From Mobula birostris (lineage: Eukaryota), in NCBI RefSeq assembly GCF_030028105.1, contig NC_092380.1, positions 69,995,717 to 70,059,716 of the forward strand: DNA of 64,000 bases, in the 5' to 3' direction. Below the pieces are notes generated by a model that made no database searches, was not told the DNA's origin, and was given only the letters and a program-made list of their open reading frames with translations. Positions 1 to 12,369 of the stretch are shown here, piece after piece; position 1 is the first letter of the stretch; every line of letters starts with the position of its first letter. Made by a program: the position numbers and the translations under genes.

Positions 1-1567
1 TAATGTCTGGGTCCAACCATTCACACTGGTGTGCATCCAACCTTCAAAAAAAATGGCTTAAAGCAAGTTGATGGATAAATGATTAAAAGTGCTGATTTAT
101 GATTTAAATAATTGTGCTATTTGACTTGGTAGTTAAGTATCAAAAATATATAATGTCTGAAATGCAAGTGTCAAGAAAATAATTTAATTCTAAGGTAAAC
201 AATGTTCAAATATGTTAAAGGGCAGGGTATAGATTACCTGAATCCACAAATTTACGACAATTCAGCAACTCACAAATGTCTCTCATTAACAGTAATCACT
301 ATAATTGATCTCAGATTTGCAACAAAAGAACCAGTCAGATTAGCAAACATTACGATCAATAATCCTGCAGGCCCATTTACTTGAGTTAAGAACAATCGAG
401 ACTATCTTGCAGTGGAGAAATACAGAGGCAAATTATAATTATAACCTCCCTTCACCAGAAAAAAATGATAGCTGTGTTTCAAACCCAATCTGCCTCGCAT
501 ATGCTTATGCCCAGTTATCAAGAATGCAGCATAAGGACAGAGGATGGGAGAGCATTTCTTCTTCCACAGTTAAATATTTTAACGTGATTGCATGCTTCAG
601 ATCTTCTTCTCACTTCCTACTCTAATGCTGGTAAACTGATTTTCTCACATGGTGATGCTATAATTGGGTTCTAATTTTGGCAACACTGTTCCTGGAATTC
701 TATCAGCAACTTCCGTTGAAAATTACGCATATGCAGATATCAGATCAAAGATGGACAGGCTTGCTATGATAAGAACTGTGGCCAAAGTTTACTGATACAC
801 ACCAGCCAAATGGGCACGATATCAGTAGTTTGCAATGGTACAATTTAGCATCTGTGATGTCAGTACCTAAGGTACTTATTGACCCATTAATCAAACTACT
901 CAAGAATATTTCATATATTTAAGTTTTTCTTGTATTTCAAAAAAATGGCATATAATTACTTGGCTTCATTTAATCTGACCTTGAAATAGCCAAAACTGCA
1001 GTTTAATACCCAAATGCTACCATGTGCACTAGGTCATGGACTTGTGCCATCTGATTTTGTGCTGACTTATACATAATGAATGAAGTAGAGGCTGACTGAA
1101 GGTGGGACTACAAATGCAATATACTCCCTGAACTGCCAGTTTATGTGATATGGTCAGCAACTAGCAATAACCCCTTTTTTTGCCCATTTATTCCTTGCTC
1201 CATCAATCTTGATCTCTGTTATTGAGTAAAACTCTAGATTACATTCTCACCAAACATTGACGGCAGGTTCCAAAGATGCATCTGCCTTCGTTAACACAAA
1301 TTACTTTACCTCCCTGGCTCAATACACCTTAGTGTTCTAAACTGCAGGGTTTTAGTCATACTATTGGATCTTCATATTTAATTGCAAGAATTTTTATTCT
1401 TGGTGACCAAAGCAACAGTGATAATTTGCTTTTTAGAAAGGCAAGGGAGCAATTGAAGGGAAGTGAACTGGAATCCATTATGCAATATGAAGGTTTTCAA
1501 GTAAACATACATCTGAAGTTTAATATATTACATTAACGGTTCAAATTCAAACTTTTTTCACATTTGA

Positions 1568-1723
<156 letters not shown>

Positions 1724-2258
1724 TAACTTTATTTACGACTTTCTGACCTGTGAGACAGCTACCTGGCAATAAGTGAAAAGGCAACATCCCAGGGTATCAC
1801 CTCTGCACCCATTAGAGGTAATTGGGTTTTAGTATTTCTTAAATGGGAGGAAAATATTATACAGTAACTAGTTCTTAAATCAGGGCTGTCACAATTTATA
1901 TAATATTTTTGATAACACCATTTAATGTTAGAGCAAAACCTGCTGACTTCAAATTTTTAGATACAATAAATTGGTTAATTATTCCAACATGTACAAAGGT
2001 ATCGTGAAAAACTTGCCTTGCATGCCATCCCTACAGCTCAATTTATTACAACAATGCATTGAGCTAGTACGAAGTAAAACAGTGCAGAATAAAGTGCTGT
2101 CTGTTAAAGATTAAATATTTAAAACACTAGAACAAAAATTAAAAGAGAAGAAAAATAAATTGTAAAGTTAAGGCAGTTTACATTTGCTAAAGCTGTTTCA
2201 CAGAAGTGTGTGCTGGAATCAAATTTATTCACTTAGTTAATTAGACGTTCGTTTAGTT

Positions 2259-2338
2259 CAGGGGTTCCCAACCCTTTTTATCCCAGGGACCAATACCATT
2301 AAGCAAGGGGTCTCTGAACCCCAGGTTGGGAATGCCTG
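2259..2338. mobile_element. hAT (Charlie-like) mini-MITE, 80 bp
   Basis: TIRs CAGGGGTTCCCAACC...GGTTGGGAATGCCTG, followed by atctagac, a typical hAT target sequence. Confidence 0.75.
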
Positions 2339-2489
2339 ATCTAGACGGCCTGAGGAGAACTTTATATGATGAAACAAGTTAGCAGTTGTATAATGTAGTG
2401 CAATTTTTCAATATCATCTATAATGTACTGTAATTATTCCATGTCTGCACTCAAAAATTATGAAAATAAATTATGTTGGTCTTTTCTAG

Positions 2490-2552
2490 GAAAACATCTT
2501 ACAAAAAGTTGTAATGACAGCCTTTGCAGATCGAACGGTGGTAACCATTGCT
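2490..2552 (+). CDS. ABCC8: Sulfonylurea receptor, penultimate coding exon
   Basis: cttttctag|GAAAAC...ATTGCT|gtaagt, 63 nt, phase 0-0. Encodes ENILQKVVMTAFADRTVVTIA, identical to the SUR1/SUR2 segment. Confidence 0.95.
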
Positions 2553-3036
2553 GTAAGTAACACCGGCCTTTTTTCAGTTTTTTTACTGTGTATGAATCAA
2601 TAGTTGAAAAGGACAGTATTGTCAATAGTATGAAAAACAGTTACATTAGGGAACTGTGAGTTGTGAGGACAGAGATGTGAATAGTTAATTTATAAAAGCA
2701 TTTTGAGTATAAACACATATTCTGAATGGGGCATTGTCAAAGCTAGCATGTTTCATCCATGTATAACTACCTTGAAGAGATGGGTGGTGGGCTGCCATCT
2801 GAGACCACAAATAATAAACTGATAAAACTGCCATAATGCTGTGCAATAATTTCACACATAGACCAGAAGGGCAAAAGGCATAACAAGCCTGTTGCATAAA
2901 CCATCATCATTTTAGTAATATTTATTCTTTTAAAACAATTCAAACTGAAATAGAAGGGAGAAATGAGCTCACCAATTATGGATTATTAGGCTCTGGATTA
3001 CTGTTCCAGTAAAACCACTAATACATCTATCCAGAG

Positions 3037-3115
3037 CAGGGGTTCCCAACCTTTTTCATGCCATGGACCCCTACCATTAACCCAGGGGTCTGTGACCCCA
3101 GGTTGGGAACCCCTG
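3037..3115. mobile_element. hAT (Charlie-like) mini-MITE, second copy
   Basis: TIRs CAGGGGTTCCCAACC...GGTTGGGAACCCCTG, with imperfect 8-bp TSD atccagag/atctaaag. Confidence 0.8.
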
Positions 3116-3329
3116 ATCTAAAGCTTCAAAATTAATTGTATTAATCCATGAGGTTAGTAATCAGGTACAATAGAGATGAGTGAAATATAAGTTTACCTTT
3201 AATGAACTGGGTTCATACTAAATTTTCTAACATATAAACCTGACATTGTTGCAACTGGCAAGGAGTTAAGAGACTTTACACACAAGAGATTCTGTAGATG
3301 CTAGTAATTTTGAGCAACACATACAAAAC

Positions 3330-4760
3330 ACTATCTGCCCTTCCACCTATCTTTATTTCATCCCTAATCTTGGCCACAAAGAGATTAATTCCATCATCCA
3401 GATCAGTTACAACACTATTCCCATTGGAACATCACTAGTCAGCAGCAGCCAACCAGAAAAGGCCCCCTTTATTCCCATTCTTTCTGTCCTATCAGTCAGC
3501 CAGTCTTCTGTCCATGTTGGTATCTTTCCTGTAATATGGGCTCCTGTCTTGTTTAACAGCCTCTTGTGGGGCGTCTTGTCAAAGGCTTTCTGGAAATCCA
3601 AGAAAACAACATCCATTGACTCTGCCTTGTCTATCCTGCCTGTTCTTTCTTTCCACAAAGAATTCCAACAGATCTGACAGGCAAGATTTTCCCTTGAAGA
3701 AATCATGCTGGCTTTAGCCTATTTTAACATTTGCCTCCAAGTATCCTGAAACATCATCCTTAATTATGAACTCTTAACATCTTGTCAACAACTAGTCAGG
3801 CTAATAGAACAATGATTTCCTGTGGTTTGCCTACCTCTCCTCTTAAAGAGAGTGAGGTGACATTTGCAACTTTCAAGTCCTCCTGAACCACTGGAGACTT
3901 TAGTAATTACTACTAATGCCTCCACAGTATTTTCAGCTACCTCCTTCAGAACCCTGGGTTGCAGTCCATCTGGTCTCAGTAACACATCTACTTTCAGACC
4001 TTTCAGCTTCACAAGCATATTCTCCTTAGTGATAGTGATTCACTCACTTCTTCCCCCCCCCCCCCCCGACACCTCAAACTCCTGACGTCCTTCTGGTGTT
4101 TTCGACAGTGAGAACTGATACAATATACTCATTGACTTTATCTACTATTGTTTATTCCCCATTACTACTTCTCCAGTGTCACTTTCCAGCAGTTCAATAT
4201 CCACCCTTTCCTCTCTTTTACTCTTCATATATCTGTAAAAACATTTGGTTTCCTCTTTTCTATTATTGTCTAGCTTATCTTCAGCTTTTCTTTCCTTATT
4301 GCTTTTTATAGTTGTCTTCTGTATTTATAAGCTCCCCAATCAGCCAGCTTCCCTCTATTTTTTTGCTATATTATATGCCCAGCCTTTTATTTTTATCCTA
4401 TCCTTAAGTTCCCCTTGTGAGAGACGGTTGCCTCATCTTCCTTTTAGAATGTGTTTCCTGGCTACTGTTCAGAGGCCTGTATATAACTCTGATCAGGGTC
4501 TTTTTCATAACTCCACTCACAAGGATTCTACATCTTCTAATCCTGTGACTTGTTTCAAATTTTAACAACAGAGCCATTCCCCTCCGCTCACCTGCCTATC
4601 CTTTTGGTATGATGTGTGTCCATGAATGTTAAGCTCCCAGCTGTGCTCTTCTTTCAACCTTGGCCCAGTGATACTCAGTCACTGCTGCCAATTTCTGGCT
4701 GCGCTACAAGATAATCTACTTATTTCGTAAACTGCGTGCATTTAAATCTAGCAACTTCAG
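3330..4760 (-). mobile_element. Degenerate CR1 LINE ORF2 fragments
   Basis: Minus-strand ORF with VVFLDFQKAFDKTPHKRLL...W...SGW...VP; frameshifted upstream portion. Confidence 0.75.
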
Positions 4761-4834
4761 TCCTGTATTTTTGGCCCTTTTCAATTTTTATCTCCATGTT
4801 ACCATAAGATAAATTTGTATCCCATTCTAAAACA

Positions 4835-7610
4835 CACACATAAAGCTGGAGGAACTCAGCAGGCCAGGCATCTATGATGTCGACATTTCAGGCCGAGACC
4901 CTTCATCAGGATCTGGGAAAAAAACGAGGAATAGAAGGTGGGGGGGGGGGGGGCCTGGGTGCAGGGAGGAAGAACCATAAGGTGATAAGTGAAATGGCGG
5001 GGCGGGGGGGGTTGGTGTGAAGTAAAGAGCTGGGAAGTTGATTGGTGAAGGAGATAGGCAGGTAAGGAAATAAAGTGAGAGAGGGGAATGGGGAATAATG
5101 AAGGGGGGTGTTCGAGAAATTGATGTTTATACCATCAGGTTGGAGGCTACCCAGACAGAATATAAGGTGTTGCTCGCTCCTGCAATCTGACTGTGCAATC
5201 ATCACGACAGTAGAGAAGGCCATGAATTGACACGTCAGAATGGGAATGGGTAGTGGAATTAAAATGGGTGGCCATTGGGTGATCCCACTTTTTCTGGTGG
5301 ACAGAGCATAGGTGCTCAGTGAAGCGGTCTCTCAGTCTGTGTCGGGTCTCGCCGATATACAGGCCCCACAGGGAGCACCAGATACAGTAGATAACCCAGA
5401 TTCACAGGTGAAGTGTTGCCTCACCGGGAAGGACTGTTTGGAGCCCAGAATAGTAGTGAGGGAAGAGGTGTAGGGGCAGGTGTAGCACTTGTTCTGCTTG
5501 CAAGGATAAGTGCCAGGAGGGAGATCAGTGGGGAGGGACGAATGGACAAGGGAGTCATGTAGGGAACGATCCCGGGGCGGGGAGGGGAGGGAAAGATGTG
5601 AAGATATGCTTGGTGGGATTCCTCTGGAGATGGCGGAAGTATGAGCTGGATGTGGAGGTTGGTGGGGTGGCGGGAGGATGGGGTGAGGGCAGACGTGTGA
5701 GAAATGGAAGATACACAGTTGAGAGCAGCATTGATGAATGAAAAGCCTCATCTTGAGAGCAGATGCAGAGAAGATAGAGGAATTGAGAGAAGGGGATGGT
5801 GTTTTTACAAGTATCAGGGTGGGAAGAGGTATAGTCCAGGTAGTTGTGAGAGTCAGTGGGTTTATAATAGACATCAGTAGATAAGCTCTCTACGGAGATA
5901 GATAGAGAGTTTGAGAAAGGAGAGGGAAGTGTCGGAAATAGACAAGGTAAATTTGAGGGCAGGGTGGAAGTTGAAGGCAAAGTTGATGGAAGTCAACGAG
6001 CTCAGCATGGGTGCAGTAAGCAGCACCAATGCATTGTCGATGCAGCGTAGGGAAAGTTGGTGAGTGATACCATTGTAGGCTTGGAACACAGACTGGTCCA
6101 CATAGCTGACAAAGAATCAGCCATAACCAGGATCCATACGACTGCCCATGGCTACACCTTTTCTCTGAAGGAAGTGGCAGGAGCTAAAGGAGAAATTATG
6201 AAGAGTAAGGACAAGTTCTGCCAGACGGAGGAGAGTGGTGGTGGAGGGGAAGTGGTTGGGCCTGGTGTCCAGAAAGAAACAAGAGAGCTTTCCTGGTGGG
6301 GGATGGCGATGTACAGAGACCGGACATTCATAGTGAAAATAAGATGATCGGGGCCAGGGAACTTGAAATCATTGAAAAGGTCAAGGGTGTGTGAAGTGCC
6401 ATGGATGTAGGTGAGAAGGGACTGAACGGGGGGGGGGGGGGATAAAACTGAGTCGAGGTATGCAGATACAAGTTCAGTGAGCTAATAAGGTCAGTGATGG
6501 TGTGGGACACTATAATGGCCTGGTGCTCCTTAGTGGGGTCCTGTTTTAAGTGGGATGCTGTCTAAGTTGCATGCCATCTTGGTCAATGTCTCCCATCCAC
6601 TACATAATGTACTGGGTGGGCACAGGAGTACATTCAGCCACAGACTCGTTCCTTCGAGATGCAGCACAGAGCGTCATAGGAAGTCATTCCTGCCTGTGGC
6701 CTTCAAACTTTACAACTCCTCCCTTGGAGGGTCAGTCACCCTGAGCCAATAGCCTGGTCCTGGACTTGTTTCATAATTTACTGGCATAATTTACATATTA
6801 CTATTTAACTATTTATTACTATTTTTCTATTACTATTCTATTACTATTTATTATTTCTATGACTATTACTATTCACTAATAGTAGTATTACTATTTCTAT
6901 TACTATTTATTATTTATGGTGCAACTAACGAAAACCAATTTCCCCCGGGATCAATAAAGTATGACTATGTTCGAGGAGTAAGTAACAGGAAGTGTCTGAC
7001 AGTTGTCACCAGGCCTCAGCAAGCTAGAGCTCTGTCTGCCAGACTCCTACAGCACCCCCCTTATCTGCAGGTTTGATGGTGAGGGTTAGGATTAGGATTA
7101 CTGCAGAGGGTGTGGAGAGCAGCTTGTTCAGAAGGAGTGAGGTTGGAATTGGAGAGAAGAGTGGTGAAGTCGAAACGATTGATATCCATTATCAATGAAA
7201 AGATCCAGAGCAGGCAGAAGACCAGAGCAGGGTGTCCAGGAAGAGGAGGAGGCTTGAAGACAGAAGAAGGGGTCGTTGGTGCGGGGTAGAAAGTCCTTAC
7301 CAAAGAAGTAGGCCTGGAGATGGAGGCAGCAGAAGAAGCATCATGGTGCTTGCAGAACTCACTGAGGTGTGTGCGCAGGGGGACAAAGGTGAGGCCCTTA
7401 TTGAGGACAGAGAGGGGAAGGTCGGAGGGGTTGGTGAAGACCCGGCACAGATGACAGCTGGGATCAGAGGGGGGAAAGGGATTGGTAATGTCAGAGGAGA
7501 CGGGAAATTAGGGTGAGAGGAAGATGGGGTCTCCAGGGACCCAAGAGCTGGATTGCAAAGTGGTGACTGGGGAAGGAAGACAGGCCTACTTCTTTGGCAA
7601 GGATTCCACC
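4835..7610 (-). mobile_element. Penelope-like element (RT plus GIY-YIG), interrupted by a Rex1-like fragment
   Basis: Fragments IKPADK, RCIDN, VYYKPTDSHNYLDY, CYTCPY...HFTCES, QPDGINI. Degenerate hammerhead core at about 4877-4910. Confidence 0.8.
6490..6975 (+). mobile_element. Rex1/Babar-like LINE 3' end
   Basis: HPLHNVL...RLVPSRCSTERHRKSFLPVAFKLYNSS, an AT-rich tract, then a gggatcaataaagtatgactatg tail. A short second copy of the tail lies at about 8130-8190. Confidence 0.7.
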
Positions 7611-7611
7611 A

Positions 7612-7985
7612 AGCTGAGGCATGAAGAGTTAACATATGAGAAGCTCCTGGCCTGTACTTGCTGGAGTTTATAAGAATGAGAGAGATCTCATTAAAACCTA
7701 CTGAATATTGAAAGAACTAGATAGAATGGAATTAGAGAGAATGTTTCCAATAGTGGGAGAGTCTGGGAATCAGAGGGTGATGAATCTATATAATTCATTG
7801 CCACAGAAAGCTATAGAGATTAAGACTGTGCAAATTTAAAACAAAGACTTAATTAATGAGGGCAACAAAAGTTACACAGAGAATTCATAAGAATGGGGTT
7901 AAGAGGGAAAATAAATCAGCCATGACCAAATGGCAGAGCAGACTCAATGGGCCTAATTTTGCTCCTTTGTCTTATGGTCAAAGTA
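7612..7985 (+). mobile_element. CR1 LINE 3' fragment
   Basis: LYLLEF.RMR.DLIKTY-type coding remnant and the typical 3' UTR (gcagactcaatgggcc...tcttatggtc). Confidence 0.7.
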
Positions 7986-8378
7986 TTTAGAAAGGTTTGA
8001 GGAGTTGGGGTGAGAGCACATAGAAAATAGGGTTCAGTGCAGAAAAGTGAGAAAGGAGCTCAATCCTAAAAATAGTGGTCTTTGAGTTCAGATTTTAACA
8101 TGTTTTGGGTTGAAAATGTGATGTTTTGTATGGTGCAACTGTAACGAAAACCAGTTTCCCCCGGGATCAATGAAGTATGACTATGACTTTGAAATGGGGT
8201 AGACAAAATTTGGGAAATGATACTATCCAGTGGTATTATTATATATTACAATGGAACAAAGGACAAGGCCAATTCAATAAATTAAAGCAGTGAATATCAT
8301 GGGAATAGTTTGACTTGGCGTATCTTAGGTTTTTTTGTGTACCTATGTGAAAGATTTCTTTTGCCTTTTCCTTTGTAG

Positions 8379-8513
8379 CATCGCGTTTCTCTAATTCTGG
8401 ATGCGGATCAGATTATAGTGCTGTCTGAGGGCACAGTAGCAGAGAACGATTCTGTTTCCAATTTGCTGAGCAAGGACAGCACATTTGCCTTTTTAGTGAA
8501 GACCAATATTTAA
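8379..8513 (+). CDS. ABCC8: Alternative terminal coding exon 'A' (SUR2A-like C-terminus)
   Basis: Polypyrimidine tract and ctttgtag|CATCGC, phase 0. Encodes HRVSLILDADQIIVLSEGTVAENDSVSNLLSKDSTFAFLVKTNI*, which aligns with SUR2A [45 protein letters not shown]. Candidate donor ACG|gtgtgt after 8554. Confidence 0.85.
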   Translation, partial: HRVSLILDADQIIVLSEGTVAENDSVSNLLSKDSTFAFLVKTNI

Positions 8514-8711
8514 AGATGGTCACAAAGATGACTTACTGGGTTTGTATGGGAACGGTGTGTCATCATTATAAAAGCAGAAATCTTTTGCTTTCAAAACTAA
8601 CATGGGCTGTTTTTGTTTTCCAGTGCTGAGTGGCTAACTGAGTTTCCTATCTTTTTAAAATAATATCTGGTCTATCAATCAATCAGACTAATTAATACTT
8701 TGGTTTTCCAG

Positions 8712-8849
8712 CATCGTGTGCATACCATTTTGAATGCAGACCTGGTGATTGTGATGAAGAGAGGAATTATTTTGGAATATGATGCTCCCAGCAGACTCTT
8801 GGAACAAAGGGATGGAACCTTTGCCTCTTTTGTACAGGCAGATAAATGA
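8712..8849 (+). CDS. ABCC8: Terminal coding exon 'B' (SUR1/SUR2B-type C-terminus)
   Basis: ttttccag|CATCGT, phase 0. Encodes [45 protein letters not shown], ending in ADK like SUR1 (SUR2B ends ADM). Confidence 0.95.
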   Translation, partial: HRVHTILNADLVIVMKRGIILEYDAPSRLLEQRDGTFASFVQADK

Positions 8850-8890
8850 TACACAGCAATAACTGCATTTGTAATTTCATTTGTTCTGTA

Positions 8891-8896
8891 AATAAA
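8891..8896 (+). terminator. Candidate polyadenylation signal of the SUR gene
   Basis: AATAAA about 40 nt after the exon B stop. Further AATAAA hexamers lie downstream, so usage is unproven. Confidence 0.4.
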
Positions 8897-11800
8897 ATTG
8901 GCATATTTCTTACGGATGCGTTGTACTGGCCAAAATTTTGCTCAGTAGCAACATAAAACATTAAACCATCATTCAGTGAATGGATTTTATAGCTAGACCA
9001 CATACATTGTTCAAATTTACTACAAAAAGAGACAACAAATCAGACTATTCACATTAACACAAAGCCTCTTCTAACAAAAAAGTTTGAAGAGTTCCAAGAC
9101 TTTCCAAAGTCTAAATAATTCTACCATATACCTACAATTCATTTATACAATAAATTTACATATATAGTAATTGGAAGACTTCCCCCTCTCCCCAATCTAC
9201 TACCTATATATTCCTTCTCAATATAAATCTGACACAATCATTCATTCCAAAGAAAGAAAACAGCATTTTTGTGGTTTGATACGACTCCAAGATGGTGTCT
9301 ACCTACCTGGTTGCGGAGTCAAAGGTGTCTAATATTCTGCAAACAACTTGAAGGGGAAGGTGAACAGCTACGGTCTTAGTACATTTAAGTACCAGTGATA
9401 ATGGTAGAAAAAGAGGTGAGGTCCTGCATGCATGTTTAGGAAATTAGAATTGAGGTTAAAACGCAAGACTTCAATGTTCTTATCTGCAATTACTATCTGT
9501 GCAACATCTTGATGAGTGCAGAAATAGGAAGTTGAAATGTGGTTGGGCAGATGTGTGGAAAGTGAAGCTTTAGATTCCAAAGGAACTGAGATCTTTTCTA
9601 CAAAAGATGGGGACTGCTACAAACTAGGCCAGTTGCAGCTCCTCAGGAACGCTAATTTCCCTGTAAAACAGGTACTGCTGTTTAAACTAGTTTGGTTGGG
9701 GCTGTGAACCCCAAAACAGAATCAGCAGAGAGAAAATTTCATCTGGAGATGGAAGGCAGGACTCAAGGAAGAAGTATTTAAGAAGGCCACAGTGCAGAAC
9801 AATAATAAATCTGTCGATAACTGGAGGGTATCAGGAAGGGTAAGAATCTACAAGCATAACAATACACCAGAGTAGGAAAATTATTTAGCTGAAGGCAAAA
9901 GAAAACAAAATAATCAGACAGCTTTTACCAGATTACAACAGAGTAAGGACTTTAGTGACAATAAAAATAAATCAAAGCTAATTTGTTTTACTGGGCAAGT
10001 ATATGAATGCAGAATATAGTAAATATATTATAAAACTACAAGCATAGTTATCATGGAAATGTAATTTGTTTGGTTGTAGCTAAAAAAAAGTGATGTGAAT
10101 ATTACATGCTTCATGCACAGTATGAGTTGGAAAACTGTAAAGGAGCAAAAATGCAAGAAAATTGCAGAGAAATGCAAAAATTATATAGGGTAGTCAGAAT
10201 GGGAGGATTTTAACTACAGTTTAAAACACCAGCCAAGCCTCAACTGGAATATTGTGTTTCTTTCCGATTATCACATTGTTGTGTCCTGAAAAGATTTAAG
10301 AGCATCGTTCCGGGGATGAGAGACTACATCCAAAACAATCGATCAGAAAATGGGGCTATTTGGAGTAGAACAAGGGGAGATTGGAAACAAATATGGAAAA
10401 TGATGATGAGCAGTTAGGACAGAGTGGATAGTTACCATCGCTAACCAGTTGCTGTAGAGGGGAACAAATTAGCTGCCTTCCTTCTCAGTCCTGAAGAAGG
10501 GTCAACTGTCTGTTTATTTCCATGGATGCTGCCTGACCTGCTGAATTCTTCCAGCATTTTGTGTGTATCACTTTGGATTTCCAGCATCTGCAGAATTTCT
10601 TGTGCTACTTGCCTGTTTTAAGGGCATTGTGCAATGCACACAGTGGAAATTCAGGACCAACAATAACCAATACTCTCATCCACACCTCAAATTCCTCTGC
10701 AACATCAGTACTGCAATGGTAATAAGCTCTCACTTCTAGCCACAGTGCGCTTTTTAAGTTTAACTAGAAATTTAAACACGGTAACAGGATGTAAAGCACT
10801 TGTTCACACGCCTCATTAATCAGTTTCAGTTAGCTGCTTTGATGGGCTTCCTATCAATACATTCAAAACTCATAGATGAATCTGATATTTAGAATGGCGT
10901 CGCACGGAAATGAGGCCAGCAAACTTTCTGGCAGCAAAATGGTTTCCTGGAACAATCAAACAGTCCCTATTCCCTGTAGCAAGGGTGTGGAGTAAAGAAA
11001 TGCTGGAGGAGAATCAATTGTTTATAGCTCATCTGTGGCCGTTTCCAGTGAATTGCTTCCAGTTATCAATACCACAGAAGATCATCATTTGCAAATTAAA
11101 GACCCAAAGATACTTTTATAGATAAGGGAGAAAATTATATGTGTTCAACTCAATCATGGGTAAAATAGTTATCCAGAATTCTCCAGCAGATGGTCAAGTA
11201 CAGTAATATCTTAAATATTCACATTCAGATCTGGCGTAGTTCAGAATCATTCATAGTATCAACAGCCAATTATTTTGGTCTTTTTTTTTGCAGCATGCTA
11301 GCAAATTCTAACAGTCCACAGTACTAGCTATATTTGATGCATCTGGCTGCTCCGTACAACTAGATGTGAACTTTCCCTTACTATTATTTTGATGTCAGAC
11401 TTCTACAATCTTGACAGTGAATATTCATAACATATTGAAAGAAGCAGCGAGATTCAACCCAGGAAAAAGAATAGAATTTTTGATGAGGAAGTGGCCTTCC
11501 AGCTCATTATGGTTCTGGCAAGTTATCATATCACAGTTCTGCAGACAACTGCATCACATATACTACTGAGAAAGTCAACAGCAAAATTTATAGGCTTAAT
11601 TTAGTCTGTACCACTGACAAATGCAACCACACTACATACCCAACTAATTTACCTACTTCATACTTGTAAGTCATTTCATCTTTGCACTCCTGTAACCATC
11701 AATCATAACTATCAGCCAGGGCTGTACTTGGAGCTGAGGTGACATAGGCAACAGGTGTGCGGCATTTAATTTGCCATTGAACTATTGGAGCCAAGAAGTC

Positions 11801-12369
11801 ATCTTGAGTTTGGCTATCTTCATTTATCTGGGCTACAAAGTAGGCTAGCATTTTCTAAAACTGCAAAGCAAGTTTGTGTCCGTTGTTCATCAAACCCTGT
11901 CACACTTCAATTAATCTCTAAAATACAAATAACATTGCCACCATGGATCTACTTCAAAGGGAGATAGTGAAGAATTCATTTACTAAATTTACATGGAACC
12001 AAAATAGTTGAAGAGAAGATCCAACATTTTATATTTTTAAAAAAAGATTATCTAATGGGATTACAGGATTATTCAATTAAAATGTTTATGATGATTGGCG
12101 GAAATGATGTGAAAGATTAAAATTTATTTTCTCTAGTGGCAGAGTTGGGGATAAAGCACAATTGAAATTTCAGCTCTGTTATTTTGAGTCAGAGGGACTT
12201 CACACAAAAGTTGAAACCAGATTTAGCTACAATTATGAAATTTAGAATTCCAAATACTTAATTAGGAAGAAAGGGGATAGAAATAAGATGCAAATCAAAA
12301 CTTGTAATAACACTTGAAATCCTTAAGTATTATTGCTTACAACTTGGGACATATCTTTCTAGCTCTAAC

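Noticed and set aside
7080-7100. Telomere-like gggttaggattagg
   Set aside because: Only 2-3 imperfect units inside the Penelope ORF (NPNPN region); not an interstitial telomere.
11270-11311. Strong acceptor followed by CAT GCT AGC AAA TTC TAA (HASKF*), a possible third SUR terminal exon
   Set aside because: Only the first His matches, it lies beyond the likely poly(A) signals, and it would truncate NBD2. Most likely chance.
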